This document shows positions 7,285 to 15,797 of a stretch of DNA of 23,545 nt, piece after piece. Below the pieces are notes generated by a model. It was not told where the DNA came from, searched no databases, and saw only the letters and a program-made list of their open reading frames with translations. Origin of the DNA: Fibrobacterota bacterium. GTDB taxonomy: Bacteria > Fibrobacterota > Fibrobacteria > UBA11236. Position 1 is the first letter of the stretch; every line of letters starts with the position of its first letter. Position numbers and translations under genes: made by a program. The stretch is taken from contig JAYUVP010000179.1 in NCBI GenBank assembly GCA_043753995.1, forward strand, positions 1 through 23,545. The letters are read 5' to 3'.

Positions 7285-8847
7285 ATGAAAAGACGCGACT
7301 TTCTGAAGCTTGGCGCGGCCTCCGCCGCTTGGCCCATTTTGGCGGATCGCTTCGGGGCATCCGCCTGGGCCCTGGCACCCATGAATGCCATGGCCCAGCA
7401 GGGCATTGGCGATCGCATCCTAGTCGTCCTGCGGCTGGACGGGGGCAATGATGGCCTTGCCACCGTGATTCCTCTTGACCGGTACGATGCCTTGGCCAAG
7501 GCGCGGGCCAATGTCATCATACCCGCCGGGCAAAACCTGAAGCTCAATGACAAGACAGCCTTGCATCCCAAGCTCAAGGGATTACAAAACCTTTTTCAGG
7601 ACGGAAAGCTTGCCATCGTGCAAGCCGTGGGGTATCCCAACCACAACCAAAGCCATTTTCGCTCCACCGACATTTTTTTCACGGCCAGCGAATCCAACCA
7701 AGTGCTTTCGACAGGGTGGCTTGGACGTTACCTCGAACTCTTGTTCACAGGATTTCCGGAAGGCTACCCCAATTCCCAATATCCTGATCCACCCAGCATA
7801 CAAATGGGATCCGTTCTCAGTACCCTGCTCCAAGGCTCCGAAGCGCCCTTGGCCATGACGGTCAGTAATCCCGACTCGATTTACTCCCTCAAGCCCGATG
7901 GTGTGGATACGGCCCCCAATACCCCAGCCGGTCATGAACTGACCTTTATCCGCAGCATGGCCCAGCAGACTCAAAAGTATGGCGAGGCCCTGAAGGGCGC
8001 CTTGGTCAAAGCCGCAAGCAAGTCGGCGCTTTGGCCCGCGTCCGGCAATAAACTCGCCGATCAAATGCAAGCGGTGGCAAGGCTCATCGCCGGAGGCATG
8101 CGCACTCCCGTTTACGTGGTGAGTCTTGGAGGCTTCGACACCCATGCCGATCAGGTGGATGAAAAGGACTTGGCGGGAGGCCGGCACGGCGAATTAATGG
8201 CCCAAGTCGATACGGCTATCACGGCTTTCCAGGATGAATTGCGTTTGCAGGGAATGGAAGATAGAGTGATGGGCTTGACCGTCTCGGAATTCGGACGACG
8301 CATTTGGAGCAATGGCTCTCTCGGCACCGATCACGGCACTAGCGCACCCGTCCTGCTTTTCGGCAAGCCCGTCCAAGGCGGCGTGATCGGCACCAGCCCA
8401 AACATTCCCGAGAATGCGACGGTCAAGGACAATGTGCCGATGCAATTTGATTTTCGTCAGGTTTATGCGACCTTATTGCAAGAGCATCTCGGTCTAAGCG
8501 CAGCCCAAACACAAACCGTTCTGCTCAAGGCTTTCGAGAACCTGCCCCTGGTGGCTTCCGGGGTGAAATCCCCGCTCAAGCCGTTCTCCCCGGGCCTTTC
8601 GGGTCGAATGGCCTGGCGAGGGGGGCAAGCCCAAGTGAACTTTACCTTGAATCGACCCAGCCAGGTGCGCATCGGCGCTTTCGATGCCAATGGCTCTCGT
8701 GTGGGTGAGGAGAAGGCAAACCTATTCACGGGAGGCAACCATACCACGACGCTTGATTTGCCTTCAACCTCTCCGGGGCATTTGCTCGTGCGGCTGGAGT
8801 GCGAAGGCCAGACCTTTAGCCAATGGGTGATGCGCCAAGGGCAATAG
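7285..8847 (+). CDS. DUF1501 family protein with Tat signal and T9SS-CTD-like Ig tail
   Basis: MKRRDFLK, GGNDGL, SHFRSTDI, GGFDTHA, SEFGRR, GTDHG, DFRQVYATLL, followed by an extra beta-rich tail of about 95 aa. Confidence 0.93.
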   Translation: MKRRDFLKLGAASAAWPILADRFGASAWALAPMNAMAQQGIGDRILVVLRLDGGNDGLATVIPLDRYDALAKARANVIIPAGQNLKLNDKTALHPKLKGLQNLFQDGKLAIVQAVGYPNHNQSHFRSTDIFFTASESNQVLSTGWLGRYLELLFTGFPEGYPNSQYPDPPSIQMGSVLSTLLQGSEAPLAMTVSNPDSIYSLKPDGVDTAPNTPAGHELTFIRSMAQQTQKYGEALKGALVKAASKSALWPASGNKLADQMQAVARLIAGGMRTPVYVVSLGGFDTHADQVDEKDLAGGRHGELMAQVDTAITAFQDELRLQGMEDRVMGLTVSEFGRRIWSNGSLGTDHGTSAPVLLFGKPVQGGVIGTSPNIPENATVKDNVPMQFDFRQVYATLLQEHLGLSAAQTQTVLLKAFENLPLVASGVKSPLKPFSPGLSGRMAWRGGQAQVNFTLNRPSQVRIGAFDANGSRVGEEKANLFTGGNHTTTLDLPSTSPGHLLVRLECEGQTFSQWVMRQGQ

Positions 8848-8885
8848 CCTGCGTTAACGAACGCGAAGGACTTCGCCTAACTCTG

Positions 8886-10079
8886 CTAAGGAGGCAAGAT
8901 GGCGCAGACCGCTGACACGGTCAAGTTCACCGTCCCCGGTCGATTCGCATCCAAGGTTTCGCGGACCGTCGCCGTCCAACCATTGCCTGCCGGCGCGGAG
9001 GAGACCAAGGCCAAGGTGCTCGGTATCGCATTATTGGTGATCGAAATATTCGCCCCTCCACCCAACATGGACTTGCCCACGGGGCATTGCACCGCGCCAC
9101 TCACAGCGTCCAAAAGGATGCTGGTATTGGGCAGAGAAATATTTCGCGACACGGTTTCCACACCCGAAACTCCTGCCAAGCTAAAGCATTGGCCGAAGGT
9201 AGTCATAGACATGATCAACGGCGCTCGCGTCTGATGGATCGATTCCCAGCCTATGCCTCTCCAGCGGTTGCCGGTCACAGGTTCGGTGGTTGTCAGCGCC
9301 ACGGTGGGCGGCAAGCCTCCATTGGACATCAAAATATCTGCGCCTCCTCCCAACATCGTTTTGCCTGCTGGGCAGGTGACGGTGGCCGCTCCCGAGTCGA
9401 GACTGGGGCTTTCGGTAAAGTTGCTCACCGCGCTCGCCGTCACGAGACCGGAAAGCCCCGAGCCGGCATCGGCGCAAACCGCCTGCACCGTCAAGGTGGC
9501 CGAAGTGTTCGGGACATTGATGATTTCGCGAGCAACGGCATACCAGCCATTGCCAATGGGCCGATTCCGTACGAGCCCAGCTTGCACCGGCACCGATCCG
9601 CCAGGGCCCCGTAAGGAAGCCCCGCCGCTGACCAGGGTATAGCCGGCAGGGCAATCCGCCAAAGCACTGGCAATATCCAAGTTGGCCGAAGTGCGATTCA
9701 GGTTTGCCGAGCTCTGGACAATACGCAAATGCGGGCTGAAACTATTGTGAGCGATTCCGCATACCGCCGTGATGATGAGATTGTTTTTCGCCGAAGGCAC
9801 GTCCGCCATCTCGCGCACATAGGCGGTCCAGCCATTTCCTTGGGGCAGGCTGGCCACCACCGCCACCGAGGGCGGAACGCCGCCATTCTCGGCCAAGATC
9901 ATGGCACCGCCTGTCAGTAAAACGGTTTCATCGGGGCAAGTCGCAAAGCCGGCGGCAAAGTCCATGGCTGTCGTGCTCTCCATGGGAATGGAGTTGGTCA
10001 CCGTAATGCGATCCAGAACCGGATCCGCGAATGCGATGCTGGCAATGCTTAAAATCATATTGGCCTTAACTAGGCGCAT
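8886..10079 (-). CDS. Secreted protein of four tandem ~94-aa Cys-paired beta domains
   Basis: Signal peptide (AFA/D). CPxxxxxxxGGA at aa 48, 143, 236 and 332, each followed by N(G/R)W...E and a closing AVC or GQC. Confidence 0.85.
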   Translation of the reverse strand: MRLVKANMILSIASIAFADPVLDRITVTNSIPMESTTAMDFAAGFATCPDETVLLTGGAMILAENGGVPPSVAVVASLPQGNGWTAYVREMADVPSAKNNLIITAVCGIAHNSFSPHLRIVQSSANLNRTSANLDIASALADCPAGYTLVSGGASLRGPGGSVPVQAGLVRNRPIGNGWYAVAREIINVPNTSATLTVQAVCADAGSGLSGLVTASAVSNFTESPSLDSGAATVTCPAGKTMLGGGADILMSNGGLPPTVALTTTEPVTGNRWRGIGWESIHQTRAPLIMSMTTFGQCFSLAGVSGVETVSRNISLPNTSILLDAVSGAVQCPVGKSMLGGGANISITNNAIPSTLALVSSAPAGNGWTATVRETLDANRPGTVNLTVSAVCAILPP

Positions 10080-10269
10080 AGAACCTCCTATGACGGATCA
10101 CCGTCGAAGAATTAGATGTGCGAGGCCATGAAATTGCGTCATCCTAAATAATATCCCGTTTTTGCGGGTGTTGGAAAAGGCCTCCCCTCACCTTTGGCCG
10201 GGAAGCGGGCTCAACAAACCTTAGGCCCTCTGCATGAACAATTATTATTCATTATGTTACGACAAATAT

Positions 10270-10282
10270 TATTGATTCAATA
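10270..10282. promoter_or_regulatory. Perfect palindrome in an AT-rich divergent promoter region
   Basis: TATTGA-T-TCAATA. Confidence 0.35.
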
Positions 10283-10399
10283 CTGTTTCAAAATTTACCT
10301 ACGGTCATTTTTCCAGGATCTGAAACCCGATTGAATTCTTCCTAGACTAGGTTCTGACGGGGTTCGATTTATCACCCATCACCCCAAAGGAGAACTCCC

Positions 10400-11197
10400 A
10401 TGTTACGTTCCCTACTGGCCGTCGTTGCCGCCCTTGCCCTACAGGCGCAAGCGCTATCCCTACAACTCGAAAAAAACGTCGCCAAGAGCACAATCGTAGG
10501 TGCGCCTTCGGTGGTCACTTATAAAATCTATGCCACTCCCGCAGCAGCGGTTCCGGTGACTCAGCAGGCTTTTGCGGCCGGCACCTGGGAAGCCGATTAC
10601 GACTTCACCCATTTTAAGACGCTCATCCAGGATATAGTCCGATTCCGAGCCCTTTTCACGAATACTGCAGCCCTGGATCCCACCGCCACCTATTATTACG
10701 AAATCGAACTCGACGGCGTGGTCAAGGGCGCACGCGAGGCATTGAACAATGAGGCTTGGCTCTACCATAAGGAAGAGGGCTCTACCTTCACCACCGCCCT
10801 GCAACTCACCTGTCTTTGCCAAGCCACCCTTCCCGCTGGCGTCTATACCCGACTAGGCGATATCGGCACCTTCACCAAGCGATCCGCAACCAGCCTCATT
10901 GAGCTCGACTATTCCGGCACCATCTACTCCGCGTCCTTCACGGGAAATGCCGTCCGCTTCGAATTCCGCATCGACAATAACCCGACCGCCAAAGGAACCA
11001 TGCGCGCCGTTTCGCATGACGCGGGCAATTATGAAGGCGTAAGCGCTGGCGGTGTTTTTCCAAACCTAGCGGTAGGAACTCACACGGTGAGCATTTGGGC
11101 CTTGCCTACCAATAATGGCACGGCAGGTCAAACCTGTATCGATCCAGGCTGCTTTTCGTCGGACCAAGTGATCGTGAAGGAATATTCGGGTCGTTGA
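10400..11197 (+). CDS. Secreted protein with a C-terminal jelly-roll domain resembling the CTHRC1 C-terminus
   Basis: SD AAAGGAG, signal peptide AQA/L, motifs TFTKRSATSLIELDYSGTI...GTHTVSIW...QVIVKEY. Confidence 0.8.
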   Translation: MLRSLLAVVAALALQAQALSLQLEKNVAKSTIVGAPSVVTYKIYATPAAAVPVTQQAFAAGTWEADYDFTHFKTLIQDIVRFRALFTNTAALDPTATYYYEIELDGVVKGAREALNNEAWLYHKEEGSTFTTALQLTCLCQATLPAGVYTRLGDIGTFTKRSATSLIELDYSGTIYSASFTGNAVRFEFRIDNNPTAKGTMRAVSHDAGNYEGVSAGGVFPNLAVGTHTVSIWALPTNNGTAGQTCIDPGCFSSDQVIVKEYSGR

Positions 11198-11257
11198 GGT
11201 AAGCTATAAGCGCGGCACCGAGGGCGAATCCAGCATTCCTCAATTCCTCCTTGCCGC

Positions 11258-13357
11258 TCACTCCACCTCCCCATACAATTCCCGCAATTTCCAGAATCCC
11301 AATTTGGGTTGCCTTTCGCGCGTCAGGATGCCCTTATTATTGGTATTCGGCACGGGATTGCGGGGAAACCAGGGACAATAAAAATCCGCCAGCACCCAGG
11401 GGCTTATGCCCGCCATGAATGGCCGCTCCCTTACGGCGCGCCAATGCGTGGCCAAGACCTCGGCCTGATATTCCTCGGTATAGGGGCGGGGAAAGAAGAC
11501 CCTATCTCCCCTCCGATGGGTAACTCCCGTGTGGCGTCCCAGGGCCGCTTCTGCGCCGCATTCGGTCAAAATCATGGGCTTGCCCGGATAGCGGCGATGC
11601 AGGGCGTCTAGTTCTTCGCCTATATCCTCAGCCTCGCCGAAATACCAACCATAATAAGCGTTGACGGTCACGAGGTCGAGCGAATCCGATCCGTGGCGGA
11701 AAACATCGAGCCAGGGCTGGTAGAAAGTCATTTCGGCCAAGGCAGAGGGGCGTGTGGGATCGAAGGCCAGGGCCGATCGACGCAGCCAGGCATAAACTTC
11801 ACCCGAAGCCTTGCCCAGGGAATAGGTTTCATTCCCAAGGGACCAGAATAGCACGGCGGGATTGGCGACGTCGCGCTCGATCATTTCGAAAAGGCTGCGC
11901 TGGGCTAATTGCAAAAGCAAGGTGTCGCGCAATTGCCGCATGCCGAAAGACCGCGCGGGGAAATGCCGCCACTCCTGAAAATCCACCAGCCATTGCGACC
12001 ATCCCACGCCGATATGGAAGAAGGGGATTTCCTCCGAAACCCAAAGGCCGCGATCGCGGGCCTCCAGCAATTCCCCGTGGTGATGGGGATAATGTGCCAA
12101 GCGAATGAAATTCGCGCGCAAGGAATCGACCCATTCTAGATCGCGCTGGATGATCTCGGCGGTTTGACTTTGTCCCAGCATGGGATCGTCCTCCATTTTG
12201 GATATGCCCCGCAAAAAGGCTTTCTTCCCGTCGATGCGCATTTCTTCTTGAGCAACGGATAGGTTACGGTAACCGGTAAGTAAAGTCCAATGACCCAGAG
12301 CGGAATCGCCCTGGCGCAATTCGAAGCTCAAGCGGTAAAGATCGGGATGTCCCGGCCCCCAAGTCCGGGGATGAGCCACCGGCAAGTGGAAATGGAGACC
12401 GTGAAATCCCAGGCCCTCCGGTATGGGAAGGGCCATGTCCCCTAGTTTATCCCCTTCAGGTCCGAACCAGGAACAATGCAAATCCCATCTTTCCGAACCG
12501 CTGTCTCGCGATGTTATTTCCACCACGGCCTGAACTTTGAAACCGGAGTCTTTCGTTTCGGCATAGGCGAAAGGCGCGGCCTTGAGCAAGCGGCTTGGCG
12601 GAACGGATTCGAGAAAAACGCTGCGGTAGATGCCGCCATAAACACCCCAGACGGGGTTGTGCTTGACTCGCACGCGAGGCGGCATGGAATGCCAGGTCAG
12701 GCGATTGTCGGCCCGCACCACCAAGGTATCCTGCCCGCCAGAATGGGACAATCCCGTAACCTCGAATCGAAAAGCGGTATACCCACCCTCATGACACCCC
12801 AGGGCGACGCCATTGAACCAAGCGCAAGCACGCAAAAGCACTCCATCGAAGCGGACAAACTGCCGCCAACCAGGTTGTCGCCACCCGGGCTCGGCACTCT
12901 CCGAGGGGTAACAGCGGCGATACCAGGTCGGACCTTGGTGACCAAGCCATTTCGAGGACGGGGCATTGTAGGTCGAGGGAATCGTAAGGGGCTCGCTTTC
13001 CCCGGCGAACCATAGTCCTTTACCCCATTCCCCAGTTTCACCGATTTCAAGAGGGTCCAGGCGCCAATCCCAAAGTCCGTCCAGGGAGGCGTGAATTTCC
13101 GAGGACGAATCGAAAGGGGTGGTCACCGGCAGGCCATCCATGACAAGCAGGGGAATGCCATCGGGGCATAGCACTTCGAAGTCGACGCCCTTGGCGCCGC
13201 AACCCGTCTTAAGTCTTTGCAATTGCTGAGGATCGGGATCGTAAAAAGACCATGCCAAAATAGATGACGCTGCCGCCACGGCCAATAAAATCAAGACGCA
13301 TAAACTCAAAAGCCCGAGTCGAAACCACGCAATTCTTCGGACGGGAGGGGCCATCAT
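11258..13357 (-). CDS. Glycoside hydrolase family 2, beta-glucuronidase-like, N-terminal membrane anchor (start uncertain, 13354-13414)
   Basis: HEGGYTAF, YGGIYRSV, RLAHYPH, WSLGNE (acid/base), ILTECGAEA (nucleophile), NNKGILTRERQPK. Confidence 0.93.
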   Translation of the reverse strand: MMAPPVRRIAWFRLGLLSLCVLILLAVAAASSILAWSFYDPDPQQLQRLKTGCGAKGVDFEVLCPDGIPLLVMDGLPVTTPFDSSSEIHASLDGLWDWRLDPLEIGETGEWGKGLWFAGESEPLTIPSTYNAPSSKWLGHQGPTWYRRCYPSESAEPGWRQPGWRQFVRFDGVLLRACAWFNGVALGCHEGGYTAFRFEVTGLSHSGGQDTLVVRADNRLTWHSMPPRVRVKHNPVWGVYGGIYRSVFLESVPPSRLLKAAPFAYAETKDSGFKVQAVVEITSRDSGSERWDLHCSWFGPEGDKLGDMALPIPEGLGFHGLHFHLPVAHPRTWGPGHPDLYRLSFELRQGDSALGHWTLLTGYRNLSVAQEEMRIDGKKAFLRGISKMEDDPMLGQSQTAEIIQRDLEWVDSLRANFIRLAHYPHHHGELLEARDRGLWVSEEIPFFHIGVGWSQWLVDFQEWRHFPARSFGMRQLRDTLLLQLAQRSLFEMIERDVANPAVLFWSLGNETYSLGKASGEVYAWLRRSALAFDPTRPSALAEMTFYQPWLDVFRHGSDSLDLVTVNAYYGWYFGEAEDIGEELDALHRRYPGKPMILTECGAEAALGRHTGVTHRRGDRVFFPRPYTEEYQAEVLATHWRAVRERPFMAGISPWVLADFYCPWFPRNPVPNTNNKGILTRERQPKLGFWKLRELYGEVE

Positions 13358-13459
13358 TCCAGGCGAGAATACCATTCTGCAATGCCCCAGACCAAGCCGG
13401 TAACCGCTTTGCATTACTCTCGCTTGAGGATTGCAATATGCGGCGGGTAGCCTTGCATC

Positions 13460-14545
13460 ATGCTCCTAGGCCGCCAACTCAATATCAAAATGCTCGACCT
13501 CTGCAATGCCACTTGCTCATTCTGCGGATATAGCAAGGATAGGCTGCGCGAGCGCGTGCGCCAAGGTTACAAACCTTATACCCTCGACGTCGACGCGGTC
13601 GTGTCGCGCTTTCCCGAATTGCGCAAGAAAGGCATTGCCACCTTGCATCTCACCGGCGGTGAGCCCACCTTGCATCCGCGCTTTGGCGAATTCGTGAAAG
13701 CCGCGCATTTGGCGGGCTTCAAAATTCGCACCGGCACCAATGGTTCCCTGCTCGACGACGCCCGCATCGAACTCTTGGCCACCTGCGGCGTGGATTTTCT
13801 TTGGTATAGTCTCGATACCTTTCCTTATGCCGCTCACCTGGAGCATCGCGGCTTCGCTTCGCGTGCCCAGGCCATGAGCGATGGCCTCAAGGCTCTAATT
13901 GCCCGGGGAGTCAATGTTTTCGGGCAAAGCGTGCTATCACGGGTTTTGCCTTTGAATGCCGATGGTCTGCCAGACCTCGCCGGTCACATGGATTATTATC
14001 ACCAGCACTTTGGACTGAAGCGCTTCGTCTTTTCCTATCCCATGCATAGGCCGGAGGGCGCCCATCATCATTTGGCCACCGAAGGTGGATCCGCCGTCGA
14101 CTATACTCGCGCAGAATTGCTGCGCGTCTTGCGCCAGGTTCTTGCCCTCAAGGACAAGTATGGCCCCACGATCATAGTCAATCCTTACTTGGGCCTGCTA
14201 CAACAAATCCGTGAACTCGAAGGCCGCGAAACCCATATGCCCTGCCTCGCCGGCCAGGAGATTTTCTTTCTCGGGCCTGATGAAAGCACTTTACGCACCT
14301 GCTATCATCACAGCGATCACGTGGTGGATCATTTGGACGGCCAGCCCCTGAAAGCCACCCAGGCCTTCAAGGATTGCCGCGACTGCCGCGATCAATGCTT
14401 CCGCGATCCCAGCTTGATGTATGCCGCTGCGAATCATCCCGCCGACATGTTGCGCCAGGGATGGCGGGACCCGGCCTTCGTCGAGCATGCCATGCGTGAT
14501 ATCCGTGACGTCATCCGCCACCGGGGCTATCGCTATGCGGCTTGA
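13460..14545 (+). CDS. Radical SAM protein with SPASM/twitch-like C-terminal cysteines
   Basis: CNATCSFC, TGGEPTLH, TNGSLL; C-terminal CLAG...C...CRDCRDQC. Confidence 0.93.
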   Translation: MLLGRQLNIKMLDLCNATCSFCGYSKDRLRERVRQGYKPYTLDVDAVVSRFPELRKKGIATLHLTGGEPTLHPRFGEFVKAAHLAGFKIRTGTNGSLLDDARIELLATCGVDFLWYSLDTFPYAAHLEHRGFASRAQAMSDGLKALIARGVNVFGQSVLSRVLPLNADGLPDLAGHMDYYHQHFGLKRFVFSYPMHRPEGAHHHLATEGGSAVDYTRAELLRVLRQVLALKDKYGPTIIVNPYLGLLQQIRELEGRETHMPCLAGQEIFFLGPDESTLRTCYHHSDHVVDHLDGQPLKATQAFKDCRDCRDQCFRDPSLMYAAANHPADMLRQGWRDPAFVEHAMRDIRDVIRHRGYRYAA

Positions 14546-15740
14546 AGCCCAAGATTCTCCGCCCCGCATTCTTTATGGCGTACAGGGCGAGGGCCGTGGA
14601 CACGCCACGCGCAGCCTCGAAGTCATACGCGGCTTGTTGGAGCAGGGCTATACCGTCAAGGTTCTTTCCGGCGGCGATGCCTTGCCCGTTTTGCGGCAAG
14701 CCGGCTTGCATGTCACGGAAATCCCCTTGATTCGTTATCAATATTCGACCTCGGGAAGATTGAGCCCTTGGCGAACGGTCACCGCCAATACGCCCAAGGC
14801 TCTGGGCCTACTTTGCCGCACCGGCATAGCCTATGAGGTCGTTCGCCGCCAGGTGGAAGCCTTTCAACCCGACTTATGCATTTCGGATTTCGAGCCCTAT
14901 TTATCGCGTATTGCCCGCAAGTTACGCATGCCCTTGGTGGCCATCGACCATCAGCATTTCCTCACCGAAACCCTTTTGCCTCGCCCCGATCGCCTCGGCA
15001 AAGCCTTTGTCCTGGGCCTTTTCCGGATTGGAACCTTGCTACTCGGCGGCAAGCCCGATCGCATCATCACCTCCTCGTTCTGGCATTTTCCAAGACGCCC
15101 CGGCAGCCGCGCCATGCTCGTCGGCCCCTTTCTCGCCTCGGGTATGAAATCCCTTCAGCCCGTGCACGGCGACCATGTCGTGGTCTATATGAAACGCGCC
15201 GGTTACCTGAACCGCCTTTTACCTGCCTTACGCGAAAATCCCGGGAGGTGCTTCTCTATTTTCTCCGATTGGTCCGATTGGCGCGGCGCCGAAGATTTGC
15301 CTTCCCATGTGCAATTGCTTCCGGTGCATCGACAAGTTTTTTTGGCGGCCTTGAGTCAGGCCCACAGCCTCATCACCACGGCGGGCAATCAAGTCATCGG
15401 GGAGGCCATTTTTCTCGGCAAACCGGTATTGGCCTTTCCCGAGCCCGAAGTGCTGGAGCAAGAACTGAATGCCACCGCCTTGGAGCGTAGCGGTTATGGC
15501 CAAGCCTGCGAACTGAGCTTGCTTTCCGGCGAGCGACTCCAACGTTTTCTGCATGCCGTGCCAGCTCTGCGTGAGCGAATTCAGGCTGGCTTCACCGCTC
15601 GGTCGGACTATGATGGCGGAGAAAAGACCTTCAAGACTTTGCAGCGCATGCTTCGATCACGCCTGGGTAAGGGCCGATTTCCCGTTTTCGCCTCGCCCCA
15701 GGGCATAAGCCCCGCCTTTGCCAGCAGCGCCACAGCCTAA
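14535..15740 (+). CDS. GT-B glycosyltransferase, MJ1255/VC2487-like
   Basis: ILYGVQGEGRGHATRS, ISDFEP, IDHQH, TTAGNQVIGEAIFLGKP, EQELNA. ATG 14535 overlaps the radical SAM 3' end by 11 nt. Confidence 0.9.
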   Translation: MRLEAQDSPPRILYGVQGEGRGHATRSLEVIRGLLEQGYTVKVLSGGDALPVLRQAGLHVTEIPLIRYQYSTSGRLSPWRTVTANTPKALGLLCRTGIAYEVVRRQVEAFQPDLCISDFEPYLSRIARKLRMPLVAIDHQHFLTETLLPRPDRLGKAFVLGLFRIGTLLLGGKPDRIITSSFWHFPRRPGSRAMLVGPFLASGMKSLQPVHGDHVVVYMKRAGYLNRLLPALRENPGRCFSIFSDWSDWRGAEDLPSHVQLLPVHRQVFLAALSQAHSLITTAGNQVIGEAIFLGKPVLAFPEPEVLEQELNATALERSGYGQACELSLLSGERLQRFLHAVPALRERIQAGFTARSDYDGGEKTFKTLQRMLRSRLGKGRFPVFASPQGISPAFASSATA

Positions 15741-15747
15741 AAGCATA

Positions 15748-15790
15748 AACCGGCTCGTCGGCGTCACCGAGGCCGGTTCCTTTCTTATTT
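15748..15790 (+). terminator. Possible intrinsic terminator or hairpin between the GT and CDP-AP genes
   Basis: AACCGGC(TCG)...(CGA)gGCCGGTT stem followed by cctttcttattt. Confidence 0.4.
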
Positions 15791-15797
15791 TGGAACT

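Noticed and set aside
8848..8880. Small overlapping hairpins between convergent genes
   Set aside because: Stems of 5-6 bp without a U-tract; too weak to call a terminator.
10320..10370. Possible riboswitch upstream of the 10400 gene
   Set aside because: No recognisable aptamer consensus or terminator; only loose pairing.
14421..14534. Longer glycosyltransferase start
   Set aside because: It overlaps the radical SAM gene by 125 nt, and the family motif begins just after ATG 14535.
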